Notes under the pieces: model-generated
Told to the model about the DNA's origin: nothing
Seen by the model: the letters and a program-made list of their open reading frames with translations, nothing else
The model's database searches: none
Shown here: positions 9,982-18,036 of the stretch, piece after piece
Layout: every line of letters starts with the position of its first letter
How positions within the stretch are numbered: position 1 is the stretch's first letter
Translations under genes and position numbers: made by a program
DNA from: an uncultured bacterium
GTDB taxonomy: Bacteria; JAJVIF01; JAPKYR01
DNA length: 19,884 nt
NCBI GenBank assembly: GCA_965369865.1
Contig: CBDURU010000065.1
Coordinates: 1-19,884 of the forward strand
Direction of reading: 5' to 3'

Positions 9982-10234
9982 CCGGGTGCCGCCCACACGC
10001 GTTCATCCTGCATCCTTCGTGATCATTAACATCCTGTATCCCCCAGGAAATCTAAATCTTCCCAAAACCCGAAAAGCTTGTGGGTGAATGATGATAATTA
10101 CCTGTTATTACAATCCAGATTCGAGGTTTCACCCACAAGCTCATACAAAAACGCAAGATAAGGGATTCTATTTTACAACCTTAAAAATCCCATAGTCCAA
10201 ATAACTAAGTTAATCGCTTGTGGGCGGCACCCGG
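9982..10234. repeat. 253-bp symmetric family B doublet (REPIN/MITE-like)
   Basis: Perfect 16-bp terminal inverted repeat CCGGGTGCCGCCCACA (9982-9997 / 10219-10234). Perfect 14-bp inner inverted repeat AGCTTGTGGGTGAA (10075-10088 / 10128-10141). No coding capacity and no clear target-site duplication. Confidence 0.8.
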
Positions 10235-10282
10235 TGAATGAGCCAGTAAAAAATTCAGGATCATTTATTTATACAAATCACT

Positions 10283-10344
10283 GTAGAACAGCACGGCAGT
10301 GCGTCCTTTATATCAAGCGCAAACGCACTGCCGTGCTGTTCTAC
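10283..10344. repeat. Family A REP doublet (REPIN-like)
   Basis: Perfect 22-bp inverted repeat GTAGAACAGCACGGCAGTGCGT (10283-10304 / 10323-10344) with an 18-nt spacer. GTAG followed by an imperfect palindrome is the established REP layout. Confidence 0.88.
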
Positions 10345-10408
10345 GGGGTTTACATATTTCCCTCAACGCCTGACTTGGAGCTGGATTCTTCCATTCTCCA
10401 GTTATATC

Positions 10409-10476
10409 TGCACTTGCTGACGCGCGTGGCTCTGATCGGGCCTCTGACGCGCGTGCCTCTGATATCAACTTCAATC
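10409..10476. repeat. Family C REP-like copies (one full, one partial)
   Basis: TGCACTTGCTGACGCGCGTGGCTCTGAT at 10409-10436 is identical to 7740-7767 and 7853-7880. A partial copy at 10444-10463 continues ATCAACTTCAATC, as at 7773-7785. Confidence 0.88.
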
Positions 10477-11058
10477 CAAAACCGATATATGCTCCAACGC
10501 CAGTGTTAATGCCGTTACAACTGACTCATCTTCCTCGATTTCAAGCCTTGAGTTTATTGTTCCGATCGCTTCGTTCAGGGCATCGTGTAAGTCTTCCTCA
10601 ACACCCACTGTCTCCATTGTGAGTCCATCGAGGGGAATGGTACCGAGCGCATTCGCGGCTTCGTACCTTACCGATGGATCGTCGCTCCCGAGATATTCCA
10701 CGATCGCATCGATCGATTCAGGCGTCGCGTATGTTCCCAGCCAGTAAAGGCATGTCGTTGTGTACGAATCGAGATGTTCGATCAGGAGATCCTCTGCTTC
10801 GTCCGCGTGCATTTCACCAAGTACCGCAAGCGCGCCACCGACAACCCTGCCATGGTATGGAGCGTCCGCCGGATCGTTCTCGATAATTTCGATCAGCGAT
10901 TCCAGGAGTGGTTCCTCATCGAATATCGTGAAATCCTGGTTATCAAAAGCGGTAAGCATCCGGCGCACCGAATTCACATCGGTTGGGACTGCCGATACCT
11001 GTAGAATGGGCACTGTCAGGATTATGATGGTTAGTATAATTAAGTATATTCGTCGCAT
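10471..11058 (-). CDS. Exported HEAT-repeat protein
   Basis: Signal peptide MRRIYLIILTIIILTVPILQVSA and HEAT motif LGSDDPSVRYEAANALGTI. Start placed at ATG 11058 behind GAGGTG; alternative start 11076. Confidence 0.8.
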   Translation of the reverse strand: MRRIYLIILTIIILTVPILQVSAVPTDVNSVRRMLTAFDNQDFTIFDEEPLLESLIEIIENDPADAPYHGRVVGGALAVLGEMHADEAEDLLIEHLDSYTTTCLYWLGTYATPESIDAIVEYLGSDDPSVRYEAANALGTIPLDGLTMETVGVEEDLHDALNEAIGTINSRLEIEEDESVVTALTLALEHISVLD

Positions 11059-11079
11059 TTTTGCACCTCGATTCAATCA

Positions 11080-14076
11080 TTACGGCATGTAGAATGCATC
11101 CGGGAACCAAGTATTGAAGTACATCATATTTTCAGCCTGGCTGTCAATCAGAGTAGTGTTCATGTTTATGTCATCAACCGATACAAAGTAATCACTCACC
11201 TGCGTACCGGCAGGCCAGTACATTAAATTTCCCATACTCGCATCAATGGGATCGCAGTAAATTCCGGATGGACCCGTGTCGCAGTACGAAATCTGGTTGC
11301 AGTTATAACCGTAATCAATCCAGTACATGTCAGCCAGCAAGCCAACAATGTGCCCCATCTCGTGCGCGAGTGTTGCGTCCGTACCCCAGTCTGACATGGC
11401 TGAGTAGGATGAAGAGTAATCCTCGGTAGCATACTCGCACTCGATCATCGCGTATGCGGCCGCACCCGCCATATCGGGAAAGTCGTCCACATAAAACACG
11501 TTCACAGAGCCGTCCAGAGTGTTATACAGTTGCCACATCTCGTATGTCTCTTCAACCGTCGCGGAGAGCCAAGCGGTATTGTCGATATATGTGACGCTTG
11601 AAAGCGTTACCGACCCGCCAAAATAAATACCATAGAATTCATTCGCCCAATCGATATCCTGCTGGACTTTGTCCGGTGTTGTTGCTGGATCTGTCCCGGT
11701 GCTCGATCTGACAATATGCGCGTGGACATAAAATTCGGTCATGTCCACCGCCGTGACTGACAGGTCGGTTGTCAACTCGTACTCCTGGTCCTGGCTGTGT
11801 ATAGCCGATGACGCCGTGACCTTGATATAGCATGTCCCTTCAACCAGTGCCGGAACAACGATCAATTCCGCCATGTTACCGACCAGTTCGGAGGAACCGA
11901 TCGGTGGCTCCGCCGGATTGCCGTACAGGTAAAGATCATTATCGTTCGCGTCGAAATTGTCCAGTGAAATTGAGCCGTCTGTGCCTTCCTCCGGAACCAT
12001 GAATATATACCAGTCGGGGTCCGTCGGGTGACACACCGTTCCTGTTTTATTGTCTACAAGCTCGATTGAATCCGCTGTCAAATATGTATTGTTTCCGTCC
12101 TGGTCATCACATGACACGACAATTTCTTCGAGGCCCATGACCAGTGTGAAATCCCTGTCTCCAACCGGACTGCTTTCCTGGGCTTCAATAAGGATAAAAT
12201 ACTCGCCTGCTTCCAGCGACGGGATATCGAGATGCTCGTCCGCTGTCCCAAGCTGATTTCCCGTAAATAATGGATTCGTAATTGTCGCATCGAACAACGC
12301 GATATCGTTATTTGCATAGCCCTGGTTATCAAGATCGATCGTGCCGTATCCGATCGAGTCCGTGGAAATTTCGAACGTAAACCAGTCAAGCTCATCACCG
12401 TCGAGACAGACCGATTCATTTACATTGTCATTCAGCCCGACCGCATCCGCCGTTTCAACCGTGTTGTTGTCGTCAAACGTACAGTCTTCCCCTATTCCCG
12501 TAATGCTTGTAGTCAGATTGTACCAGAGCGGCGTGAAGATATTATCGGTTTCCAGGGCTACTTCAATGTAATAATCCCCTTCCGTCAGACCGCTGATAAT
12601 TATTTGTTCATCCACATTGCCGGGATTCGAACTGTTATCTATAAGAGCTGACGGACAGCCCGCATATAGAAGCAGGTTCATGTCACTTGTTTCAGAAGTG
12701 GTGAGGCTGATCGTACCCGATGCTGAACCGGTCATGTTCACATGGAATTTATACCAGTCGGTCTCGTCAACGTTCTGGCACAGTATCCCTTCCACGCTCT
12801 CCTCCGGGCCGATATCCCATGCCGAGATGCAGTCGTCGCTCGTGTTGTCCTCGCACTCGGGTATCGCCACATCGACATAGATCATGTTATACGCGGCGAC
12901 CATTACGTCCGGGGCCTCAACCGCACCCTGTTTATATGATGTACCCGGAGCGGTGACACCTATATAGACCGGTATTGCCCCGGTTGCGGAAGGCTGTCCG
13001 GTGAGGGTCGCGGTGAGAATCGCTTTTCCCATCCCGGGTTCGTCAATCGACGGCATCACGCCTTCCTCAAATTCACAGTACGGTGAAACAACCACAAGCG
13101 GTCCGATCTGGCCATCGTAATCATCGAGCCAGCCCTGCCAGTCCCAGATTTCGATTTCCAGGCCGAGTTCTCCACCGCCCATCGGAGCGCCGTCTATCGT
13201 CCAGAGAGTGTTCGATGTCGCCTCTGCATCAACGATAAACGCTTCATCCGAGTTCGCCTCCAGCGGGAAATCGTTCGGTACATCCGGCGGGACATCGGAC
13301 GGCATGTCCCAGCTTACATCGATTGCATAGTTGAAATAGATTTTCAGTTTTTCATCTATAATTGGGAACACGATTTCCCATTTCCGGTAATTCGTGTCGT
13401 CATCGTGCAGCACACCGCGTCCAAGTACGCTTGTCGGGGGCACCATCGTCAGGTAATTGACCTTGTAGTAATCCGTCAATGCCGACGCGAACTGCTTGTA
13501 AGGGTTAATAGTCGAGTCCAGAGGGTTATCCTCCGGTGGATCGATGCCAAGGATTCCCGGACTGTAACCCAGCAACCCGGGAACCGGGAACTCGACCGGA
13601 TTCCAATAGCGAGTATACCCGTCCGCATTCAGCACCTTCGGATCGTTGTCGCCGGGCAGGTTAAACCCTCCGGAGCTGTGCTCGGCAGTGGTGATCAGGA
13701 TAGCCCGTACATCGAAGGCCGAGAACTGGGAGAATCCGGGAAACGGATGTGTGATTCCCATCCTGACAACGAATAATCCGTTGGCGGGATCGGACTCGTT
13801 CGTCAACACCTTAAGGCTCATTCCCATCGCCATGTCAACCGGTTTTGCGATATTCAAATGAAGCTGCGAGGTTCGGGCGGGGATCATGTTGATTTCGCCC
13901 GTCGCCGGATCGAACTCGCATTGCCAGTACCCCCACAACTGGTGAGTAGAATCCGCGGCGGCTTGGGGTGCAGTATCGGAAGCCTGCGGGGCAACCGGCT
14001 GGTTACCGCCTGACGCGCACCCAATTAGAATAAAAACCAGAAGGAGGGTTACCAAGGAAGATGAATTACGTAACAT
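11080..14076 (-). CDS. Large lipoprotein: uncharacterised N-terminal domain, three PPC-like domains, C-terminal metzincin-like metalloprotease
   Basis: Lipobox LIG-C. Three repeats with DW[YF]xF...D-x-x-L-[YF]...E...L-x-x-G-x-x-[YF]-I. Motif TLAHEMGHIVGLLAD and a Met-turn-like GNLMY. RBS AGGAG. Confidence 0.8.
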   Translation of the reverse strand: MLRNSSSLVTLLLVFILIGCASGGNQPVAPQASDTAPQAAADSTHQLWGYWQCEFDPATGEINMIPARTSQLHLNIAKPVDMAMGMSLKVLTNESDPANGLFVVRMGITHPFPGFSQFSAFDVRAILITTAEHSSGGFNLPGDNDPKVLNADGYTRYWNPVEFPVPGLLGYSPGILGIDPPEDNPLDSTINPYKQFASALTDYYKVNYLTMVPPTSVLGRGVLHDDDTNYRKWEIVFPIIDEKLKIYFNYAIDVSWDMPSDVPPDVPNDFPLEANSDEAFIVDAEATSNTLWTIDGAPMGGGELGLEIEIWDWQGWLDDYDGQIGPLVVVSPYCEFEEGVMPSIDEPGMGKAILTATLTGQPSATGAIPVYIGVTAPGTSYKQGAVEAPDVMVAAYNMIYVDVAIPECEDNTSDDCISAWDIGPEESVEGILCQNVDETDWYKFHVNMTGSASGTISLTTSETSDMNLLLYAGCPSALIDNSSNPGNVDEQIIISGLTEGDYYIEVALETDNIFTPLWYNLTTSITGIGEDCTFDDNNTVETADAVGLNDNVNESVCLDGDELDWFTFEISTDSIGYGTIDLDNQGYANNDIALFDATITNPLFTGNQLGTADEHLDIPSLEAGEYFILIEAQESSPVGDRDFTLVMGLEEIVVSCDDQDGNNTYLTADSIELVDNKTGTVCHPTDPDWYIFMVPEEGTDGSISLDNFDANDNDLYLYGNPAEPPIGSSELVGNMAELIVVPALVEGTCYIKVTASSAIHSQDQEYELTTDLSVTAVDMTEFYVHAHIVRSSTGTDPATTPDKVQQDIDWANEFYGIYFGGSVTLSSVTYIDNTAWLSATVEETYEMWQLYNTLDGSVNVFYVDDFPDMAGAAAYAMIECEYATEDYSSSYSAMSDWGTDATLAHEMGHIVGLLADMYWIDYGYNCNQISYCDTGPSGIYCDPIDASMGNLMYWPAGTQVSDYFVSVDDINMNTTLIDSQAENMMYFNTWFPDAFYMP

Positions 14077-14160
14077 CGTGATTGGGCTCCTGGGATATTT
14101 TGGATTAAATAATTTTTACCTGCCTTACCAGGTCGGTTAATCTCACTTTAATTCGATCAG

Positions 14161-14169
14161 ATTCTACCA
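14161..14169 (-). promoter_or_regulatory. Possible extended -10 promoter for the protease/HEAT pair
   Basis: TGGTAGAAT (TGn-TAGAAT) on the minus strand, about 85 nt upstream of the ATG. Confidence 0.4.
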
Positions 14170-14340
14170 CAATTGAAAAAGCTTTGGCTCTCAGCTTACC
14201 CTTGTCAACTACTTTGGGGCATCAATCCAACAATCCGACTCGAAATAATATCAAAAAATGTACATATCAACCATCTATTGGACTCGAAAAAGTTACAGGG
14301 TGGAACCGGTCCCCATTAAGGCATATTTTAAAAATTTCGG

Positions 14341-14346
14341 TATAAT
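14341..14346 (+). promoter_or_regulatory. -10 box directly before the start codon (likely leaderless transcript)
   Basis: Perfect TATAAT 6 nt before GTG 14353; no Shine-Dalgarno; weak -35. Confidence 0.55.
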
Positions 14347-14352
14347 CTCCGG

Positions 14353-16119
14353 GTGACCTCGACCGATGTCAAAACGCGTGAGCAGTTCCGATGGATTCCC
14401 TGGGTACTGGTCCCGGCGATCTTTATCATCTTCGCGTCTCACCCCACGAGAAAATATTATTTTGACGGGGTGGTCTTCGCTTCGATTATCGAGCACGGAC
14501 CTTACGAATCGCTCTTTAACCCCCATCACCTTCTCTACACATGGCTATTTTCAGCGATCCATGACGCGATCGAAAAAGTCTCCGGATATGACGTAAAAGC
14601 TCTCTATGTCATGCAATGGGGGAATATCATCCTTGGAAGCATCGGGATCGGGCTGATCTGGAAACTGGTCTCCAGGCTTGTTGAGGACAAGGGTTTCGCG
14701 ATCCTTGTGGTTCTGCTCGGATGCTTCAGTTTCACCTACTGGCATTACTCCACCGATGCCAACGTATACATCATCTCGACTGTTTTTCTTCTCATTGCCG
14801 CGGACCGGCTCGAATTGATCACCCGCCACCGTCCGCCGCGAGACGGGGATTTTATTTTCATCGGGATTTTTAATGCCTTTTCAATCCTGTTTCATCAATT
14901 GAATATTTTCTGGATGGCAGCGGTGATCGGATGCCTTGCCCTCAACGCCGTGCCCGGTTCGAAATCCGAACGCTGGAAATTCTGGTGGATTTATCTTGCG
15001 AGCCTTGCGATTCCCGGCCTGATCGCATATTTCGGGATCGGGATTTTCGTTCTCCATCACACAACCCCCGGTGCATTTCTTTTCTGGATCACCGAGTACG
15101 GCCATGAATCGAGTTACTGGATCTCGTCGTGGAGGGAAATCCCGCTGGGAACATTAAACGGTTACCTTATGACGTTCTTTCACCGCACCTCGATTGCCCC
15201 GGGAATTCTGGATTACGACCTTGGCCTGGCTTTCGAGGAAGGACGTATTTTTAAGGGGATATTGAAAAAAGTTTTCGGCTACTACTCAATCGGATTTTTA
15301 TTTTTCATCTATCTCGCATCGCTTTACAACATCAAGAAATTCTCGCTTCAGTTTCCCAAACGAGCGGTATTTGTGTTCTCTTGGCTCGCGCCATATGTAA
15401 TTTTCCAGTTCTTCTTCATGCCGTTGAATTATTTCTACAAGATTTTTATTTTCGTCCCTCTCCTTTCAGTCTTCGCATGGTACGGGCAGGTAAAAATCAC
15501 AAAGGAGAAGAAATGGTTCAAGTGGAGCCTGTTCGCTCTTTTCGTGTTATTCACGTTCACCGAGGAACCCATACTCGCGATCCTTGTTTTGATCTTCATC
15601 CTTGTGTTCGAGTTCCTCCAGCCAAGGAAAAACGAAATCTACCGCCAGGGACTTATCATCCTGATGGTCTTCCTCGGTTTGTTTAATTACATCGCGGGGA
15701 TCGCGCCGGAATCGAGGCTCGAGAACAATCCGGAAGTCGTGCACGCAATGGAACTGGAACCGTATTTTCATGATGGGGATATTTTGATTTTCGTTGGCGG
15801 TTATGATTATCCCGGCGGCTGGATCATTTCCGCACTGACACGTGCGGAAGTTATCAGCCTTCGCAAATTTTACGAGATGCCGCCGGGTCGGAGAAACATA
15901 ATTATTGGATCATCCCCGGAAGGTAATGGAAAAGTATACATTCACCCCAATGTTTCAATTAATTCGGACCAGGTCCGGAATTGTGCCGGGGAACTTGGGG
16001 TGAGTGTCGAAGAATTAATGTCGGTGCTCGAAAATTTCGATCATACTCCCGGCTTCGTGCTTGATGGTGAGAATTTCGACATCCTTCTTTACGGCGTTCC
16101 TAATATTAATAACGATTAA
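14353..16119 (+). CDS. Polytopic GT-C fold glycosyltransferase (PMT_2/ArnT/DUF2723-like)
   Basis: First TM followed by YYFDG...F and PHHLLY, FSFTYWHYSTDANVY, LFHQ, more than 10 TM helices and a C-terminal soluble domain. Confidence 0.75.
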   Translation: MTSTDVKTREQFRWIPWVLVPAIFIIFASHPTRKYYFDGVVFASIIEHGPYESLFNPHHLLYTWLFSAIHDAIEKVSGYDVKALYVMQWGNIILGSIGIGLIWKLVSRLVEDKGFAILVVLLGCFSFTYWHYSTDANVYIISTVFLLIAADRLELITRHRPPRDGDFIFIGIFNAFSILFHQLNIFWMAAVIGCLALNAVPGSKSERWKFWWIYLASLAIPGLIAYFGIGIFVLHHTTPGAFLFWITEYGHESSYWISSWREIPLGTLNGYLMTFFHRTSIAPGILDYDLGLAFEEGRIFKGILKKVFGYYSIGFLFFIYLASLYNIKKFSLQFPKRAVFVFSWLAPYVIFQFFFMPLNYFYKIFIFVPLLSVFAWYGQVKITKEKKWFKWSLFALFVLFTFTEEPILAILVLIFILVFEFLQPRKNEIYRQGLIILMVFLGLFNYIAGIAPESRLENNPEVVHAMELEPYFHDGDILIFVGGYDYPGGWIISALTRAEVISLRKFYEMPPGRRNIIIGSSPEGNGKVYIHPNVSINSDQVRNCAGELGVSVEELMSVLENFDHTPGFVLDGENFDILLYGVPNINND

Positions 16120-16312
16120 AAATGATTGTGTTACAAGTAATCTGATTCCGTGGCGATACAGGAGAAAAACGAACTTTGCGGACCGTTTGCGAATTTTTTC
16201 ACATCCGGTTAACCCGTGTGTCTTTCCTTCAGAGACCGGATTTTAAAAGAGTTCCCGGAGCTTCTGAGGATATAGATTAATACATAGAATATTAATAATT
16301 CATGAAGATTTC

Positions 16313-16341
16313 TTGACTAATTAAATGTTTACTGTTAGCAT
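16313..16341 (+). promoter_or_regulatory. Sigma70-type promoter with extended -10 for the SLH-porin operon
   Basis: TTGACT (16313-16318), 17-nt spacer ending TGT, TAGCAT (16336-16341), with an AT-rich upstream region. Confidence 0.65.
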
Positions 16342-16567
16342 CCCATCGTCACGACTTTAAATTTGATAAAGGCGACATTTAAATTCGCCGCGTTTTTATC
16401 AGTACATAGTTAAAGGAAAAGGCTTAAAGACCGGAACCGGTGACAAGAAGGTTTGTATTGTCGTATTCCAGTATTGATCATGGTAAAAATATTAAAAATA
16501 CCATGATATTTTTAATATACTTTAACAATACGAAAAACCCGCGATGATATGAGTGGGGAGGAAAGCG

Positions 16568-18010
16568 ATGCAAAAAAAATTAATAGTCCTGCTGGCAGTC
16601 GGAATCGCAACATTTGCGTTCTGGTCAACAGCAGCCTTCGCCCAGTTTGATGATGTCCCATCAGATCACTGGGCGTACGATGCAGTTGAGTACCTGGCCG
16701 ATGAAGGCCTGGTCCTCGGTTACCCCGATGGGTCTTTCAGGGGTGACCAGCAGCTCACACGTTATGAGTTTGCAATGGTCATTAGCCGGCTTTACGACAT
16801 GTTCCTCGACCTGATCGACGAGGGGCAGGGGCCGGGGATCGATGTCGAGGCTATTCTTGACATGCTAATGGATGAGTTCCAGCCCGAACTTGATGAGTTG
16901 ATGGAACTTGCCATGAGTAACGCCGAAAGAATCGGTGCTCTTGAAGGCACCGTCGGTGGATTCGACGATCGCATCACAGCGATCGGAGATCTGGTTGATG
17001 GTATGGATGCCAGGTTCCACCCGTACGGCGGGTTATGGATCAGGTTCCTCGGCACCTATCGGGATGCTGGGCTGGATGCTCAGCGACCGCAGTTCATGCT
17101 ACGCTGGGGTTTCACATCCCAGGTCACAGATGAGTTGTCTTTCTGCACCAGGTTTACTTCAGGTAACGGTGATCCCAGGCAAAATTCTTTCGACACACTG
17201 GGAGATATGTTCGCGTATGATGGCTACAATATTGACAGGGCCTACATGATGTGGAAACCGAACGCATATCCCAATTTAACAGTTTGGGGTGGTAAATTCG
17301 GCGCGATGTGGATGGCAACCCCGATGACTTACGACACGGACCTCCAGTGGGAGGGTCTCGCGCAGCATTTCGCCTGGCGTAAATTCAATTTCTACCTGGC
17401 GGAATTGCTTCCTGCAGATAAGGGTTTCTACTTGTTAGCTCAGGCGCAGGTTGATGATTTTTTAGTTGATAATACCAAGTTAGCACTAACTTATCATTAC
17501 ATCACCTCTGAAGCCTGGCAGTTCATACGTGCTGACATGATGTCAGGAGCCCTTCAAAGCCACTGGGATTTCACCCGTCTGGAATCACCCGATGATTACC
17601 GTGCGATTGAGGCTTACTGGCACTGGGTGACAGAAGTCATGTCTACTCCGTTCAAGGTTCGCTTGAATTATCTCCGGAATCTTGAGGATACTGCACCCGG
17701 TTTACCTGATGAAGCAGGATGGCAGCAAGCCGCCTGGGGATCATTAACGTTTCACGATCTGGCTATCAAGGATCCAGGAGACTGGAACACCTGGGGTGAG
17801 TACGGCCGGGTCCAGGCTAATAGTGTTCTTTCGTGGGTAACCTGTGCCTTAAGGGGCAGAGGTGACGCAGAGTACTGGTCGATCGGATGGAAATACCGCA
17901 TGCTTACCAATACTGATTTGACAATTTGCTACTGGGATGTAGATTCATTATCCGAAAGGCGTACTGATATGGAGTGGTTTATGATCATGGTATCCACCAC
18001 GTTCAACTGA
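16568..18010 (+). CDS. SLH-domain outer membrane porin (OmpM/SlpA-like)
   Basis: Signal peptide ending AFA-Q, SLH domain FDDVPSDHWAYDAV...GYPDGSFRG...TRYEFA, coiled-coil linker (EFQPEL), and an aromatic-rich beta-barrel ending TTFN. Start placed at ATG 16568 behind GGGGAGG. Confidence 0.9.
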   Translation: MQKKLIVLLAVGIATFAFWSTAAFAQFDDVPSDHWAYDAVEYLADEGLVLGYPDGSFRGDQQLTRYEFAMVISRLYDMFLDLIDEGQGPGIDVEAILDMLMDEFQPELDELMELAMSNAERIGALEGTVGGFDDRITAIGDLVDGMDARFHPYGGLWIRFLGTYRDAGLDAQRPQFMLRWGFTSQVTDELSFCTRFTSGNGDPRQNSFDTLGDMFAYDGYNIDRAYMMWKPNAYPNLTVWGGKFGAMWMATPMTYDTDLQWEGLAQHFAWRKFNFYLAELLPADKGFYLLAQAQVDDFLVDNTKLALTYHYITSEAWQFIRADMMSGALQSHWDFTRLESPDDYRAIEAYWHWVTEVMSTPFKVRLNYLRNLEDTAPGLPDEAGWQQAAWGSLTFHDLAIKDPGDWNTWGEYGRVQANSVLSWVTCALRGRGDAEYWSIGWKYRMLTNTDLTICYWDVDSLSERRTDMEWFMIMVSTTFN

Positions 18011-18036
18011 AATACAGGAGCTGAAGGAGACACAAG

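Noticed and set aside
7900..10234. Integron cassette with attC sites
   Set aside because: I could not place RYYYAAC...GTTRRRY core sites at the arm ends, and no integrase is present. An IntegronFinder run would settle it.
9982..10234. Classical IS element
   Set aside because: No transposase ORF and no target-site duplication (flanks GACACT and TGAATG).
8033..10420. Diversity-generating retroelement VR/TR pair
   Set aside because: The 17 mismatches are not confined to adenines of either copy on either strand (several are C/G), and there is no reverse transcriptase in the window.
10234..10509. 91-aa plus-strand ORF
   Set aside because: It runs through REP repeats, overlaps the HEAT gene end, and has no RBS or recognisable motif.
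16348..16567. Known riboswitch (c-di-GMP, c-di-AMP) in the porin leader
   Set aside because: I could not find the conserved core motifs by eye; an Rfam scan is needed.
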